This document shows, in pieces, positions 21,001-30,030 of a stretch of 64,000 nucleotides of DNA. Within the stretch, counting starts at the first letter, position 1. The number at the start of each line of letters is the position of its first letter. Location of the stretch: positions 7,166 through 71,165 of the forward strand of contig CALUKX010000006.1 of the NCBI GenBank assembly GCA_944321335.1, given 5' to 3'. The notes below the pieces were generated by a model. The model was given only the letters and a program-made list of their open reading frames with translations. It ran no database searches and was not told the origin of the DNA. The DNA comes from an uncultured Phocaeicola sp. (GTDB lineage: Bacteria > Bacteroidota > Bacteroidia > Bacteroidales > Bacteroidaceae). The position numbers were made by a program, and so were the translations under genes.

Positions 21001-21131
21001 CTGAAATCCCTTGATGTTTTGCAGATATGTCAAAACATGTTTGAAAATATGGCAAGGGATATTGCCTGAAATCTCAAGGTATCTCACCTGAAAGCCCAAA
21101 TCAGATTGTCTCAAACGACTTGTAATGTTTT
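21001..21131. repeat. Degenerate 22-bp-period tandem array
   Basis: CTGAAAT-like heads at 21001, 21022, 21044, 21066, 21088 and 21110; CAA at offset +9 in four units. Confidence 0.5.
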
Positions 21132-21206
21132 TGTGGCCGATAGGGCCTTTGCAAATATTCAGTTTTTCGTGTTCGCTCCTTTCCTGTGAACATTCATTTC
21201 CAGAAT

Positions 21207-21399
21207 GTGAAAATAGTTTTTATAAAAATATCTTTCACTCTTTCACTTTATTGATACATAGTTAGTTACGTGTGAAAGCAGTGCGTTTTTGCTTTCACCT
21301 TTGTATAAGATTCGTCAATACGTTATTGGTGTGAAAGCACAAAAAACTTGGTTTCACCCCTAACGTATTGAAAACCTGTCAGTTGAAAGAGTGAAAGCA
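21207..21399. repeat. REP/BIME-like array of GTGAAAG...TTTCAC palindromes with ~60-bp period
   Basis: GTGAAAGCA at 21272, 21331 and 21391; TTTCAC at 21233, 21293 and 21352; perfect 14-bp IR 21232-21245/21384-21397; 11-bp IR 21315-21325/21361-21371. Confidence 0.8.
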
Positions 21400-21545
21400 A
21401 AATAATGGAAACTTTTTTCGGAAGGGTATTGTTGTACAGATTTATTTCCTAAACGTTTCATATTCAGATGGAAATAATTATCTTTACATTCGAGAAAGAT
21501 TCCTCGAAACATAAGATTTGACATTTATTTAATTCTATAACTTAA

Positions 21546-22043
21546 ATGAGAAAGTATATTTATTCAATTATATCCTTGCTGATGTTTTTCTGCTCTCAGC
21601 CTTTATGGGCTGGTGATGCGTGTCGTGTTATGAATACCTTAGCGACATCAGATGATGGAACTGTTGAAGTGCCCGGAGATGAGATAGGGATTTTACAGAC
21701 CATTTATAAAAACTATGTGTTTTTTGGTTCCAAAGATTTCTCGGAAATAGCGGAAAAAGTTTGCACTCCTGAATTGTGCCGGTCATTGAAGGAGGATTAC
21801 TTGGACAACTATGAGTGTATTGATGGCGATTGTTATGCGTCTTGGAAGTTCAGAACCTGTTCACAAGATGGACCGAGTGATGTTTCCGAGGTCAAGAAGA
21901 TTGTGGAAAAAGGTGATGGATGGTTTGATGTGTATTATTCAGATCTGGGAATAGACGGTCTGACTTCCATACATTTTGTGAAAGTGAATGGGAAACCTAT
22001 GATTGATAAGATTAAGCTTGATAAATCTTATTACGAGTGGTAA
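21546..22043 (+). CDS. Exported hypothetical protein, possibly DUF3828/NTF2-like
   Basis: Signal peptide ending PLWA; CTPEL..L, FRTCSQDG and MIDKI pattern reminiscent of DUF3828-like proteins. The fold is inferred. Confidence 0.65.
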   Translation: MRKYIYSIISLLMFFCSQPLWAGDACRVMNTLATSDDGTVEVPGDEIGILQTIYKNYVFFGSKDFSEIAEKVCTPELCRSLKEDYLDNYECIDGDCYASWKFRTCSQDGPSDVSEVKKIVEKGDGWFDVYYSDLGIDGLTSIHFVKVNGKPMIDKIKLDKSYYEW

Positions 22044-22049
22044 GAGAGG

Positions 22050-22088
22050 AAAAAAATAAGGTAACCGTCTTGATATTGACAGTTACCT
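22050..22088 (-). terminator. Terminator between tRNA-Pro and the convergent gene
   Basis: AGGTAACCGTC/GACAGTTACCT stem; A-run on + gives a U-tract on -. Confidence 0.7.
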
Positions 22089-22097
22089 ATATCCCAG

Positions 22098-22172
22098 TCG
22101 GGGTGACTGGATTCGAACCAGCGACCACACGCCCCCCAGACGCGTACTCTAACCGGGCTGAGCTACACCCCG
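22098..22172 (-). tRNA. tRNA-Pro (GGG)
   Basis: CGGGGTGTAGCTCAGCCCGGTTAGAGTACGCGTCT-GGG-GGGCGTGTGGTCGCTGGTTCGAATCCAGTCACCCCGA. Cloverleaf with TTCGAAT T-loop; CCA not encoded; -7 box TACTTTTG at 22184-22191. Confidence 0.97.
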
Positions 22173-22286
22173 AATTGCGGATGCAAAAGTAACCCTTTAT
22201 TTTGAATTAACAAATAAATCGGCTATTTTTGTTTTGTCGAATTTGACTTCTGCCCGGTCGGGCGGAAGTTTTAAAACTTAATTCTT

Positions 22287-22700
22287 ATGATAAACAAAGC
22301 ATTGGAAATCGCTTGTCGGGTACATGCCGGACAAACGGACAAGGGCGGTCATCCCTATATCTGGCATCCGGTAAGGGTGGCTCTCCATTGTGATTCGGAA
22401 GAAGAAAAAGTCGTGGCCTTACTGCACGATGTAGTGGAAGATACACCTGTTACCTTGGAAGCCTTGAAAGCCGAAGGCTTCAGCATGGCAGTGTTGGATG
22501 CCTTGAAGTGTCTGACAAAGATCAAAGGGGAGGAGTATATGGATTTCATCCGTCGGGTAGCCGGCAATGAGTTGGCTGTGAAGGTAAAGATACAGGATTT
22601 GAAGGATAATATGGACGTATCCCGCCTTGGAGGAAAGAAACATTGGAAAATGGATCTTTATAGCGAGGCTTTAAGATTTCTTACCGACCTGCATAAATAA
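22287..22700 (+). CDS. HD-domain protein, small alarmone hydrolase (Mesh1/SpoT-HD)-like
   Basis: HAGQTDKGGHPYIWHP, ALLHDVVEDT and VKIQDLKDNMD motifs. Confidence 0.85.
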   Translation: MINKALEIACRVHAGQTDKGGHPYIWHPVRVALHCDSEEEKVVALLHDVVEDTPVTLEALKAEGFSMAVLDALKCLTKIKGEEYMDFIRRVAGNELAVKVKIQDLKDNMDVSRLGGKKHWKMDLYSEALRFLTDLHK

Positions 22701-22754
22701 ACTAAGGAGCCAAGCGCAGGCCTGACTCCTTTCTGTATTTCTGTAGATTGGGAT

Positions 22755-23813
22755 TTACAATGTTTCGCAATAGAAATCGAGCATATCGTAGATTTCATCC
22801 TGAGTAGCGGTCTGGTTGATGTGTACATCACCGATTTCGCCCAAAAGAGTGAAGTTGACCTTACCGTCGGCTACATTCTTCTTGTCGTGTTTCATGAATT
22901 CGTACAGACGGTCATAGTCCTTGCAGGTGAATTCCAGTTTACCGTAATTCTCCTTGATGAACTGGATGGTCTGACGGAGCTTGTCTTTCGGAAATCCTAC
23001 CTTGAGATGCGAGAAATAAAGTTCGCAAACCATACCCCAGGCTACTGCATAGCCATGCAATACCGGACGTTCCTTTTCGAGAGCAAAACTTTCGAAAGCA
23101 TGACCGATGGTGTGGCCGAAGTTCAGGGCCTTGCGGATGCTTTTCTCGAACGGATCTTGTTCCACCACCTTTTCCTTCACCTGTACCGATTCGGCAACCA
23201 GGTTCTGAAGTTGCTTGTAATCAATCTTATCCATATCGAAAGTTACCAGCTCGCTCCAATGCTTTTCATTGCTGATGAGGCCGTGTTTCAGCATTTCGGC
23301 ATATCCCGAAAGGATATTCTTGTGGTCGAGCGATTTCAGAAAATCGCAATCAATCAATACACAGTCTGCCGGAGCGAACGAACCGATCTCATTCTTAAGT
23401 CCGTTGAAATTGATACCGGTCTTTCCGCCAACCGATGCGTCGACCATAGCCAGCAAGGTGGTCGGGATATTGATCATCTTGATTCCTCTCTTGAAAGTCG
23501 CTGCTGCAAATCCGCCGAGGTCGGTTACCATTCCTCCTCCCAGATTGATCATCAGCGAATGGCGTGTACCTCCTTTTTCTCCCAACTGTGTCCAAACATA
23601 GGCCAATGTTTCCAGATTCTTGTGTACATCTTCCACGCCGATGCAGATAGAAATGGCATCCTTCAGGTAAGGGAATTCTCCGATCAGCGGATAACAATAT
23701 AATTGGGTATGCTCATCGGTCAGGATGAAAAGTTTGTCGTGCGGACATTTGTCTACCGCCTGTTTCAAGCTCTCTTCCAACTGATGGCTGATAATAACTT
23801 CCTGTTTGCTCAT
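22755..23813 (-). CDS. aroB: 3-dehydroquinate synthase
   Basis: GGGMVTDLGGF, PTTLLAMVDASVGGKTG, LNFGHTIGHAFE and HDKK motifs. Confidence 0.97.
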   Translation of the reverse strand: MSKQEVIISHQLEESLKQAVDKCPHDKLFILTDEHTQLYCYPLIGEFPYLKDAISICIGVEDVHKNLETLAYVWTQLGEKGGTRHSLMINLGGGMVTDLGGFAAATFKRGIKMINIPTTLLAMVDASVGGKTGINFNGLKNEIGSFAPADCVLIDCDFLKSLDHKNILSGYAEMLKHGLISNEKHWSELVTFDMDKIDYKQLQNLVAESVQVKEKVVEQDPFEKSIRKALNFGHTIGHAFESFALEKERPVLHGYAVAWGMVCELYFSHLKVGFPKDKLRQTIQFIKENYGKLEFTCKDYDRLYEFMKHDKKNVADGKVNFTLLGEIGDVHINQTATQDEIYDMLDFYCETL

Positions 23814-23916
23814 AATTTTTTCGGTTTTGGATACAAAAATAGAAAAAAAGTCAGAAGATGGTGGCTGTAAGCTTTCATTTAATTATTTTTGTACGAAAAT
23901 ATTAATATACTGATTT

Positions 23917-24324
23917 ATGAAAGGAATATTTCCCGTATGGTGCAGAATTGCAGGTTATGCTTTGCTTATTCTGTCCGTTTTTATACCGATGTTGATGTAT
24001 CTCTTCCAGATGGTAGACGACAGTAATCTGGTCTATATCAAATTGGGGATGAAGTTTGTAATCTGGGTTTCGTTGTTCGGTATTTTTCTGGCAAAGACCA
24101 AGGATGAAAGTGAGGTTATTGCCGGTATCCGTAACAAGGCGATGCGTTATGGATTGTATCTATGGGGAATTTATTACATTATCATGTTAGTTAAAGGAGC
24201 GTTGGACGACAATCTTCAGGTAGCCGACAACTCGGTAGGCATTGTCTTTATGGTTATCCTTGTACTTTGTCTGGAATTTTTCTTGCAGAAGCATCGGATT
24301 GAAGAGAGATTCAAAAGGAAATAA
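23917..24324 (+). CDS. Hypothetical membrane protein (about 4 TM)
   Basis: 135 aa with four hydrophobic segments; fills the gap between aroB and the OM barrel gene. Confidence 0.75.
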   Translation: MKGIFPVWCRIAGYALLILSVFIPMLMYLFQMVDDSNLVYIKLGMKFVIWVSLFGIFLAKTKDESEVIAGIRNKAMRYGLYLWGIYYIIMLVKGALDDNLQVADNSVGIVFMVILVLCLEFFLQKHRIEERFKRK

Positions 24325-24395
24325 AAAATGTTATTGGAATTAAACCTTTAAGGTTTTTTTCTGTCATATGGGCATCAAACAAGATTTTAGATAGA

Positions 24396-27257
24396 ATGAA
24401 AAAGTGGGTTATTATGTTGCTGCTCATGTTGGGAGGAACATGCGCTTTTGCACAAGGCGATGGCGGCAAAGCTACGGTGTCGGGACTTGTTGTCGATGGA
24501 GACGACCAGTCGCCGGTAATGCAGGCTACGGTTCAGGTATTGTCATTGCCAGATAGTACAATGGTAGTAGGGAATGTGACTGATATGAATGGTCGTTTCT
24601 CGGTATCGACCAAACCGGGCAAGTATCTTTTGAAAGTATCTTTTGTGGGTTATACCTCTATATATAAGCCTATAACATTAGGTGCGTCCCAGTCGCGGTT
24701 GCGCGTAGGTAAGTTGGAACTCCAGTCGGATGCTATTATGCTTGAAGGAGCGGTTGTCGTTGGACAGGCTCCCGAAGTGACAGCTGTGGCCGATACCTTG
24801 GTCTACAACAGCTCGGCTTACCGGGTACCTGAAGGTTCCGCTTTGGAGGAGCTTGTGAAAAAACTTCCGGGTGCTGAGGTAAGTGAAGATGGCAAAATTA
24901 CTATCAACGGTAAGGAAATCAAGAAAATTATGGTTGACGGTAAGGAATTTTTTGCCGATGACCCGAATATTGCCATGAAGAACCTGCCGGTAAATATCAT
25001 CGATAAAGTGAGGGCATACGAGAAACAATCGGATATGGCCCGTATGACAGGAGTGGACGATGGTGAGGAAGAAACCGTACTCGACTTGAGCGTCAAGCCT
25101 GGTATGAATAAAGGTTGGTTCGGTAATGTGGATGTTGCCGGTGGAACCAAGGAACGTTACAGTGGAAAATTGTTAGCCAATTACATCAGGGGAAAGAACC
25201 AGTTCACTGTTATCGGTTCAATGAACAATGTCAACGATAACAGCTATCCGGGTGGTGGAGGAGGCTTCCGTCGTCCGGAAAACGGATTGACTGCCATCAA
25301 GATGGCTGGAATCAATTTTGCTACAGAAACTCAGAAATTGCTTACAGAGGGTAGTGTGAACTTCAATTACAAGGATGCTGATATGGTCAGCAAACAGTCG
25401 TCAGAAACATTCGTATCTTCTGCTACCAGCTCATTCAAGAATGCCTTGGATAATTCACGGAACAAAACTACGAATCTTGTCGGTGATTTTCGTATCGAAT
25501 GGCGTCCGGATACGATGACTAACATTCTTTTCCGACCGCGTATCAGTTACGGGAAGACTGATAATGCGAACGGACAAGGATCGTATACGTTCAATGCCGA
25601 TCCGGAATATTCTACGGATGAAATCTTCGGTCATGCCGACATTACCGACTTGATGTCGCCCGAAGATATTGTAAACCGGGTAATCCGGAATTCGCTGAAG
25701 AAAGGGGATGATTTGACTTTGGGAGGCTCGTTGCTGGTAAACCGTAAGTTAGGTAAAGCCGGAAGAAGTATCACTTTCAGAGGACAATATAATTATACCA
25801 ATAGCAGTAGCGAACAATTCTCCACATCGGAAACCAAATATTATCAGGTACCCGAAGAAGAAGCCTTGGAGATTCTGAACAGATATCAGGATATGCCTAC
25901 CAAAACGTCTTCATATTCGGCACGTATAACCTATAGTGAACCGATATTCAAGGGCGGTTTCTTGCAATTGACCTATAACTTCCAGTACAAACATTCGGAT
26001 ACGGACAATTCAACTTATGACATGCCGAATGATTGGACTGTAGGAGCAGGATATCATGACAACGGAACTTTCAATGCTTCTTTGAGCAAGAGTGCAACCT
26101 ATAACTATTATAACCATCAGGCAAATGTAGCTTTGCTATGGGTAAAGAACAAGATGCGTTTGAATGCCGGATTGTCGTTCCAACCACAACGTTCTACATT
26201 ATCCTATCAGAAAGGCGATTACAATGTGGATACGGTTCGGACTGTATTTAATTTTACACCGACTTTGGATTTCCGTTACAAGTTCTCGAAAACCAGTCAG
26301 TTGCGTATCCGTTACCGTGGTAGAAGTTCACAGCCGAGTATGACTGATCTGCTTCCTATACGTGACGATTCGGATCCGTTGAATGTCCGTGTGGGAAATC
26401 CGGGATTGAAACCTGCGTTTACCAATATGTTGTTTGCTGATTTCAATACGTTCAATACGGAAACCCAACGTGGAATGTTCTCGTTTGTCAATTTCCAGAA
26501 TCAACAAAACAGTATAAGTAACCGTAAGGTGTACGATCCGACAACCGGTGGATATACTACTACTCCTGAAAATATTAACGGCAACTGGAGTCTTTTTGGT
26601 ATAGTGGGAGCCAACATTGCTTTAAAGAACAAACGCTATACATTCAATACGTTTACTCGGGCGAATTACCAGAATATGGTGGCTTATATCAGTGAAGAAA
26701 ATGTTGACGCTGATAAGAACACTACCAAGCGTCTGTTGCTTGGAGAACGTATCCGAGGCACTTATCGTAATGATTGGTTGGAGGTTTCTTTGAACGGTTC
26801 GTTGGATTACACCCATTCCCGCAACACTTATCAGGAACGGAATGATATGGATACGTATCAGTTCTCTTATGGCGCAAGTACCAATATCAATTTGCCTTGG
26901 AACATGGTCATTTCGACAGATATCTCGCAGAACTCTCGTAGAGGTTATGCCGATGCAAGTATGAACCGGGATGAATTGGTTTGGAATGCACAGATTTCTC
27001 AGAATTTCCTGAAAGGCAACGCTGCAACAGTAAGTCTGCAATTTTATGACATACTCCATAATCAGAGCAATATCAGCCGTACCATTACAGCAGCCATGCG
27101 TCAGGATATAGAATACAATTCAATCTTCAGCTATTGTATGCTCCACTTCATTTATCGTCTGAATACATTTGGTGGAAAAGGTGGAATGAGAGGTGGTCCG
27201 GGGTTCGGTGGTCCGGGACATGGACCCGGTGGACGTCCGGGAGGGCGCCGTCTCTGA
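24396..27257 (+). CDS. Outer membrane beta-barrel / TonB-dependent receptor-like protein
   Basis: Signal peptide, CarboxypepD_reg-like N-domain, plug-like LEELVKKLPG, and GNPGLKPAF barrel motif; Gly-rich C-tail. Confidence 0.85.
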   Translation: MKKWVIMLLLMLGGTCAFAQGDGGKATVSGLVVDGDDQSPVMQATVQVLSLPDSTMVVGNVTDMNGRFSVSTKPGKYLLKVSFVGYTSIYKPITLGASQSRLRVGKLELQSDAIMLEGAVVVGQAPEVTAVADTLVYNSSAYRVPEGSALEELVKKLPGAEVSEDGKITINGKEIKKIMVDGKEFFADDPNIAMKNLPVNIIDKVRAYEKQSDMARMTGVDDGEEETVLDLSVKPGMNKGWFGNVDVAGGTKERYSGKLLANYIRGKNQFTVIGSMNNVNDNSYPGGGGGFRRPENGLTAIKMAGINFATETQKLLTEGSVNFNYKDADMVSKQSSETFVSSATSSFKNALDNSRNKTTNLVGDFRIEWRPDTMTNILFRPRISYGKTDNANGQGSYTFNADPEYSTDEIFGHADITDLMSPEDIVNRVIRNSLKKGDDLTLGGSLLVNRKLGKAGRSITFRGQYNYTNSSSEQFSTSETKYYQVPEEEALEILNRYQDMPTKTSSYSARITYSEPIFKGGFLQLTYNFQYKHSDTDNSTYDMPNDWTVGAGYHDNGTFNASLSKSATYNYYNHQANVALLWVKNKMRLNAGLSFQPQRSTLSYQKGDYNVDTVRTVFNFTPTLDFRYKFSKTSQLRIRYRGRSSQPSMTDLLPIRDDSDPLNVRVGNPGLKPAFTNMLFADFNTFNTETQRGMFSFVNFQNQQNSISNRKVYDPTTGGYTTTPENINGNWSLFGIVGANIALKNKRYTFNTFTRANYQNMVAYISEENVDADKNTTKRLLLGERIRGTYRNDWLEVSLNGSLDYTHSRNTYQERNDMDTYQFSYGASTNINLPWNMVISTDISQNSRRGYADASMNRDELVWNAQISQNFLKGNAATVSLQFYDILHNQSNISRTITAAMRQDIEYNSIFSYCMLHFIYRLNTFGGKGGMRGGPGFGGPGHGPGGRPGGRRL

Positions 27258-27337
27258 TACTCTACTATAATGAAATTCGCCTTAGCTACAGTTGGGTTTG
27301 AGGAGCTAAGGCGAATTTCTTTTTTATCCGTAACGGA

Positions 27338-28660
27338 TTATTCATCTGCCTGTGTCGCCTTCTGGCGTTTGCTTTTGCGGCTTACCCGTGTATTGCGTTT
27401 GTCTTTTTTCTCGGATACAGCCTTTTCCTTTTCAGGTAAGGCTTTCATTTCATTATTCAAAGAATCCTTTGGCTCTTGTGTCAATATCTTGCCAAACTCT
27501 TTCAACTTATCAGAAGTGATACTCAAAGTGTCATTTACTGATACAGTCAGTGAATCTTTGGTCAATATAGCGGTACCTTGTTCCATTTTTATATGTATAG
27601 AGTCGGAAGAAACATGAATCGAGTCTATTGGTAAAGTATTCAATGAATCATTCGGCTCCGATTGGGCTGCAATTGAATCTGCAAGAGATGATAGCTTAAC
27701 CTGTTCTTTTTGGGGTTGAGGCTTCGGTTTCGGCTTTTCAATCTTGAATTGTACGGGAACTGAATATTTGCAGCGTACTACCCTTCCTTGTTCCATGGCC
27801 GGAACCCATTTCGGCATTTTACGGATAGCTGTAATGGCAGCTGAATCCATACTTGCCTCCAAGGGGCGTACAATAGTTGGCGATGTGATTTCTCCATCAC
27901 GTTCCACTATAAACTGGACGATAACTACACCTTCTTTACCCGCCTTCTTTGCCCAATCCGGATATTTCAAATTGTATTTCAGATAATTCATGAAAGCTTT
28001 CATGCCACCTGGATATTCAGGCATCTTTTCAGCGATGGAATAAAGTTGGCTGGCATTACGCGGATACATATAGATATTGAGCGGTTCATCCGGATGTTGG
28101 ATGAACTGTTTGATGTTCATTGTCTTATTTTCCATACCATCGGCACGGATGATAATCGGATGGTTGTAATCGGCTTCAATACTGAAATAGCCGTTCTTGT
28201 CACTTGTAGCTTTCCGTCCCGTTCCCTGTATGTCTATCAAAGCGCCGGCAATTGGTCGGTTGTTTGTCCTTTTAATGTTCCCTTCGATTTTGAAAGCACT
28301 GTTTTGCTGTTTGTAGGCAGTAATATCTTCAGGGCGGTCGAGATATATGGTTTTGCTGGTTTCGTCTTCCTGCAGAATAAAAGAGTAGACCGATTTGAAT
28401 TTTTCATTAGGGAAATACAGGCTGGCTGTACGGGTAGTATTCTGTTTCCATTCGTAATCGAAGGTAATAACCCCCTGTTCATTTCCTGTATACTCTTCGG
28501 AATTTCCGATTATTTTCAGAAGAATTCCAGGCTGAGGGTCACCGTTCGATTTTAAGACTGTAATCTTATACGTGATTTTCTTGCCGGCCGACTGGGCATG
28601 AATTGATATGCTGGCTATAAAAGCAATAGTCAATAAAAGTATTGTGTATAGATTTTTCAT
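27338..28660 (-). CDS. TonB C-terminal-domain protein with N-terminal CarboxypepD_reg-like domains
   Basis: EKMPEYPGG...LKYP...EGVVIVQFIVERDG...MPKWVPA...YSVPVQF is a TonB_C pattern; likely start MKNLYT at 28660. Confidence 0.85.
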   Translation of the reverse strand: MKNLYTILLLTIAFIASISIHAQSAGKKITYKITVLKSNGDPQPGILLKIIGNSEEYTGNEQGVITFDYEWKQNTTRTASLYFPNEKFKSVYSFILQEDETSKTIYLDRPEDITAYKQQNSAFKIEGNIKRTNNRPIAGALIDIQGTGRKATSDKNGYFSIEADYNHPIIIRADGMENKTMNIKQFIQHPDEPLNIYMYPRNASQLYSIAEKMPEYPGGMKAFMNYLKYNLKYPDWAKKAGKEGVVIVQFIVERDGEITSPTIVRPLEASMDSAAITAIRKMPKWVPAMEQGRVVRCKYSVPVQFKIEKPKPKPQPQKEQVKLSSLADSIAAQSEPNDSLNTLPIDSIHVSSDSIHIKMEQGTAILTKDSLTVSVNDTLSITSDKLKEFGKILTQEPKDSLNNEMKALPEKEKAVSEKKDKRNTRVSRKSKRQKATQADE

Positions 28661-28764
28661 TGGCTGTATTTTTCGTTTGTCTATCAATACACAAAACTAC
28701 AAGGATTCTCTTGTATTTACTTTTCTGTGATTGTTAATAAACGTGAAACATAGACAGATGGCTA

Positions 28765-30018
28765 TCAGGACTCCTGTTTGAGTAGTTTTCTTTTACGGAA
28801 TGCGTTCAGACGCTCCATTGCATGACGACGGCTTAACAGAATCTGGCGGCGGTAAACGATGCAACTTGTTATAAAATAGACTCCAGCCTGAATCCATAGT
28901 CCGTGATATTCGGGCAAAACGTCTGACAATGTAGCTCCCATTGTGTTGATACGAACGAATCCGTTAATTCCGAATGTTGAAGGGAAGAGCCATGAAAACA
29001 CTTTCCAGAATTCGGGAACTGCAGCTCCGGGCCATGAAATTCCGGAGATGAACAAGAGCGGAATTGATGTAAACACATAAATCATCATGCACGACTCACG
29101 GTGGTGTATGAAAATGGAACAGGTCATTGAGAAGAAGATACAAGCCAACAGGTAAGGGAAAATAAACGCAAGTAAGGTCATTGGTTGTGCTATCTGAACC
29201 AGACTGAACATCTTCGGTACAAGGCAGAGTATATAGGCCGACATGACTGCATAGATCATGAGGTAGGCAAATGACTTGCCGAGTACGATTCGTAAAGTGC
29301 CTTGATATTGACGGCTTAATGGTATAAGGTCGCGGAAACGGTTGGTTTCGCGTGCTGTACCGGCCGACATACCTATTCCCAACAACAATGTCTGTTGGAT
29401 AATCAGTATCAATACAGCCGGGATAAGGAAGCTGGCGAATCCGTTCTGTGGGTTGAACATTGATACAGCTTCGTATTTGATCGGTGATGCGTTTACTTCA
29501 TCCTGACGGTCGGTTGTGTTTCCGGCACGCTCTATCTTGATCTGTTTGTTCATGATTAATGAAGCCTCCGTATTTGCCGTCAGTAAAGCTTTGTAGAACA
29601 ACATACCGCTCATGTCACTGAAGATACTTACTTGGGTCTGTATACCTTTGGCTATGTCGCTGCTGAAATTTTGAGGTATGTAGATTACCCCATACACTTT
29701 TTGTTCCTTCAAAAGTTGCTTTGCTTCTTCCAAATCTGCGCAATGCGACTTGATTTCTATATCCGGACTTCCGTCGACCAAGCGAAGATATTCGCGGCTC
29801 AAGGATGACTTGTTTGCATCGACTACTGCAGTCGGAACTTCTCTCACTACTTCATTGGTATAGATGAATGCATAAACCAACGGGTATGCAAGCGGGACGA
29901 GTAGGAAGAAAATAAGCACTCCCTGGTCCTTGGCGCAAGCTTTCAGTTCCCGGGCACAGATATAGAACAATCCGCTGATGCCTTCTTTGATACTATCTAT
30001 GAATGAATTATTTTTCAT
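28765..30018 (-). CDS. ABC-2 type permease (YbhR/YhhJ-like)
   Basis: TM, periplasmic domain, FNPQNGFASFLIP, five further TMs, ISGISWP. Confidence 0.88.
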   Translation of the reverse strand: MKNNSFIDSIKEGISGLFYICARELKACAKDQGVLIFFLLVPLAYPLVYAFIYTNEVVREVPTAVVDANKSSLSREYLRLVDGSPDIEIKSHCADLEEAKQLLKEQKVYGVIYIPQNFSSDIAKGIQTQVSIFSDMSGMLFYKALLTANTEASLIMNKQIKIERAGNTTDRQDEVNASPIKYEAVSMFNPQNGFASFLIPAVLILIIQQTLLLGIGMSAGTARETNRFRDLIPLSRQYQGTLRIVLGKSFAYLMIYAVMSAYILCLVPKMFSLVQIAQPMTLLAFIFPYLLACIFFSMTCSIFIHHRESCMMIYVFTSIPLLFISGISWPGAAVPEFWKVFSWLFPSTFGINGFVRINTMGATLSDVLPEYHGLWIQAGVYFITSCIVYRRQILLSRRHAMERLNAFRKRKLLKQES

Positions 30019-30030
30019 TGATGCAAGCTT

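Noticed and set aside
20911-21114. 67-aa ORF on the - strand
   Set aside because: Non-ATG start, no recognisable motif, and it runs through the degenerate 22-bp array.
21207-21399. CRISPR array (27-nt palindromes with 32-33-nt spacers)
   Set aside because: Repeat centres differ, the spacers are related to each other, only two full units exist, and there is no cas gene in the window. Kept as a non-CRISPR repeat.
20850-22172. Prophage or ICE integrated at tRNA-Pro
   Set aside because: No integrase, and I saw no duplicated tRNA 3' end.
22821-23702. Long antisense ORFs (293 aa opposite aroB; similarly 18348-19064, 3471-4088, 9324-9959, 41806-42414)
   Set aside because: Shadow frames of well-supported genes with no motifs of their own.
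27170-27257. GC-rich GGT/CCG repeats at the end of the OM barrel gene
   Set aside because: Explained by the Gly/Pro-rich coding tail.
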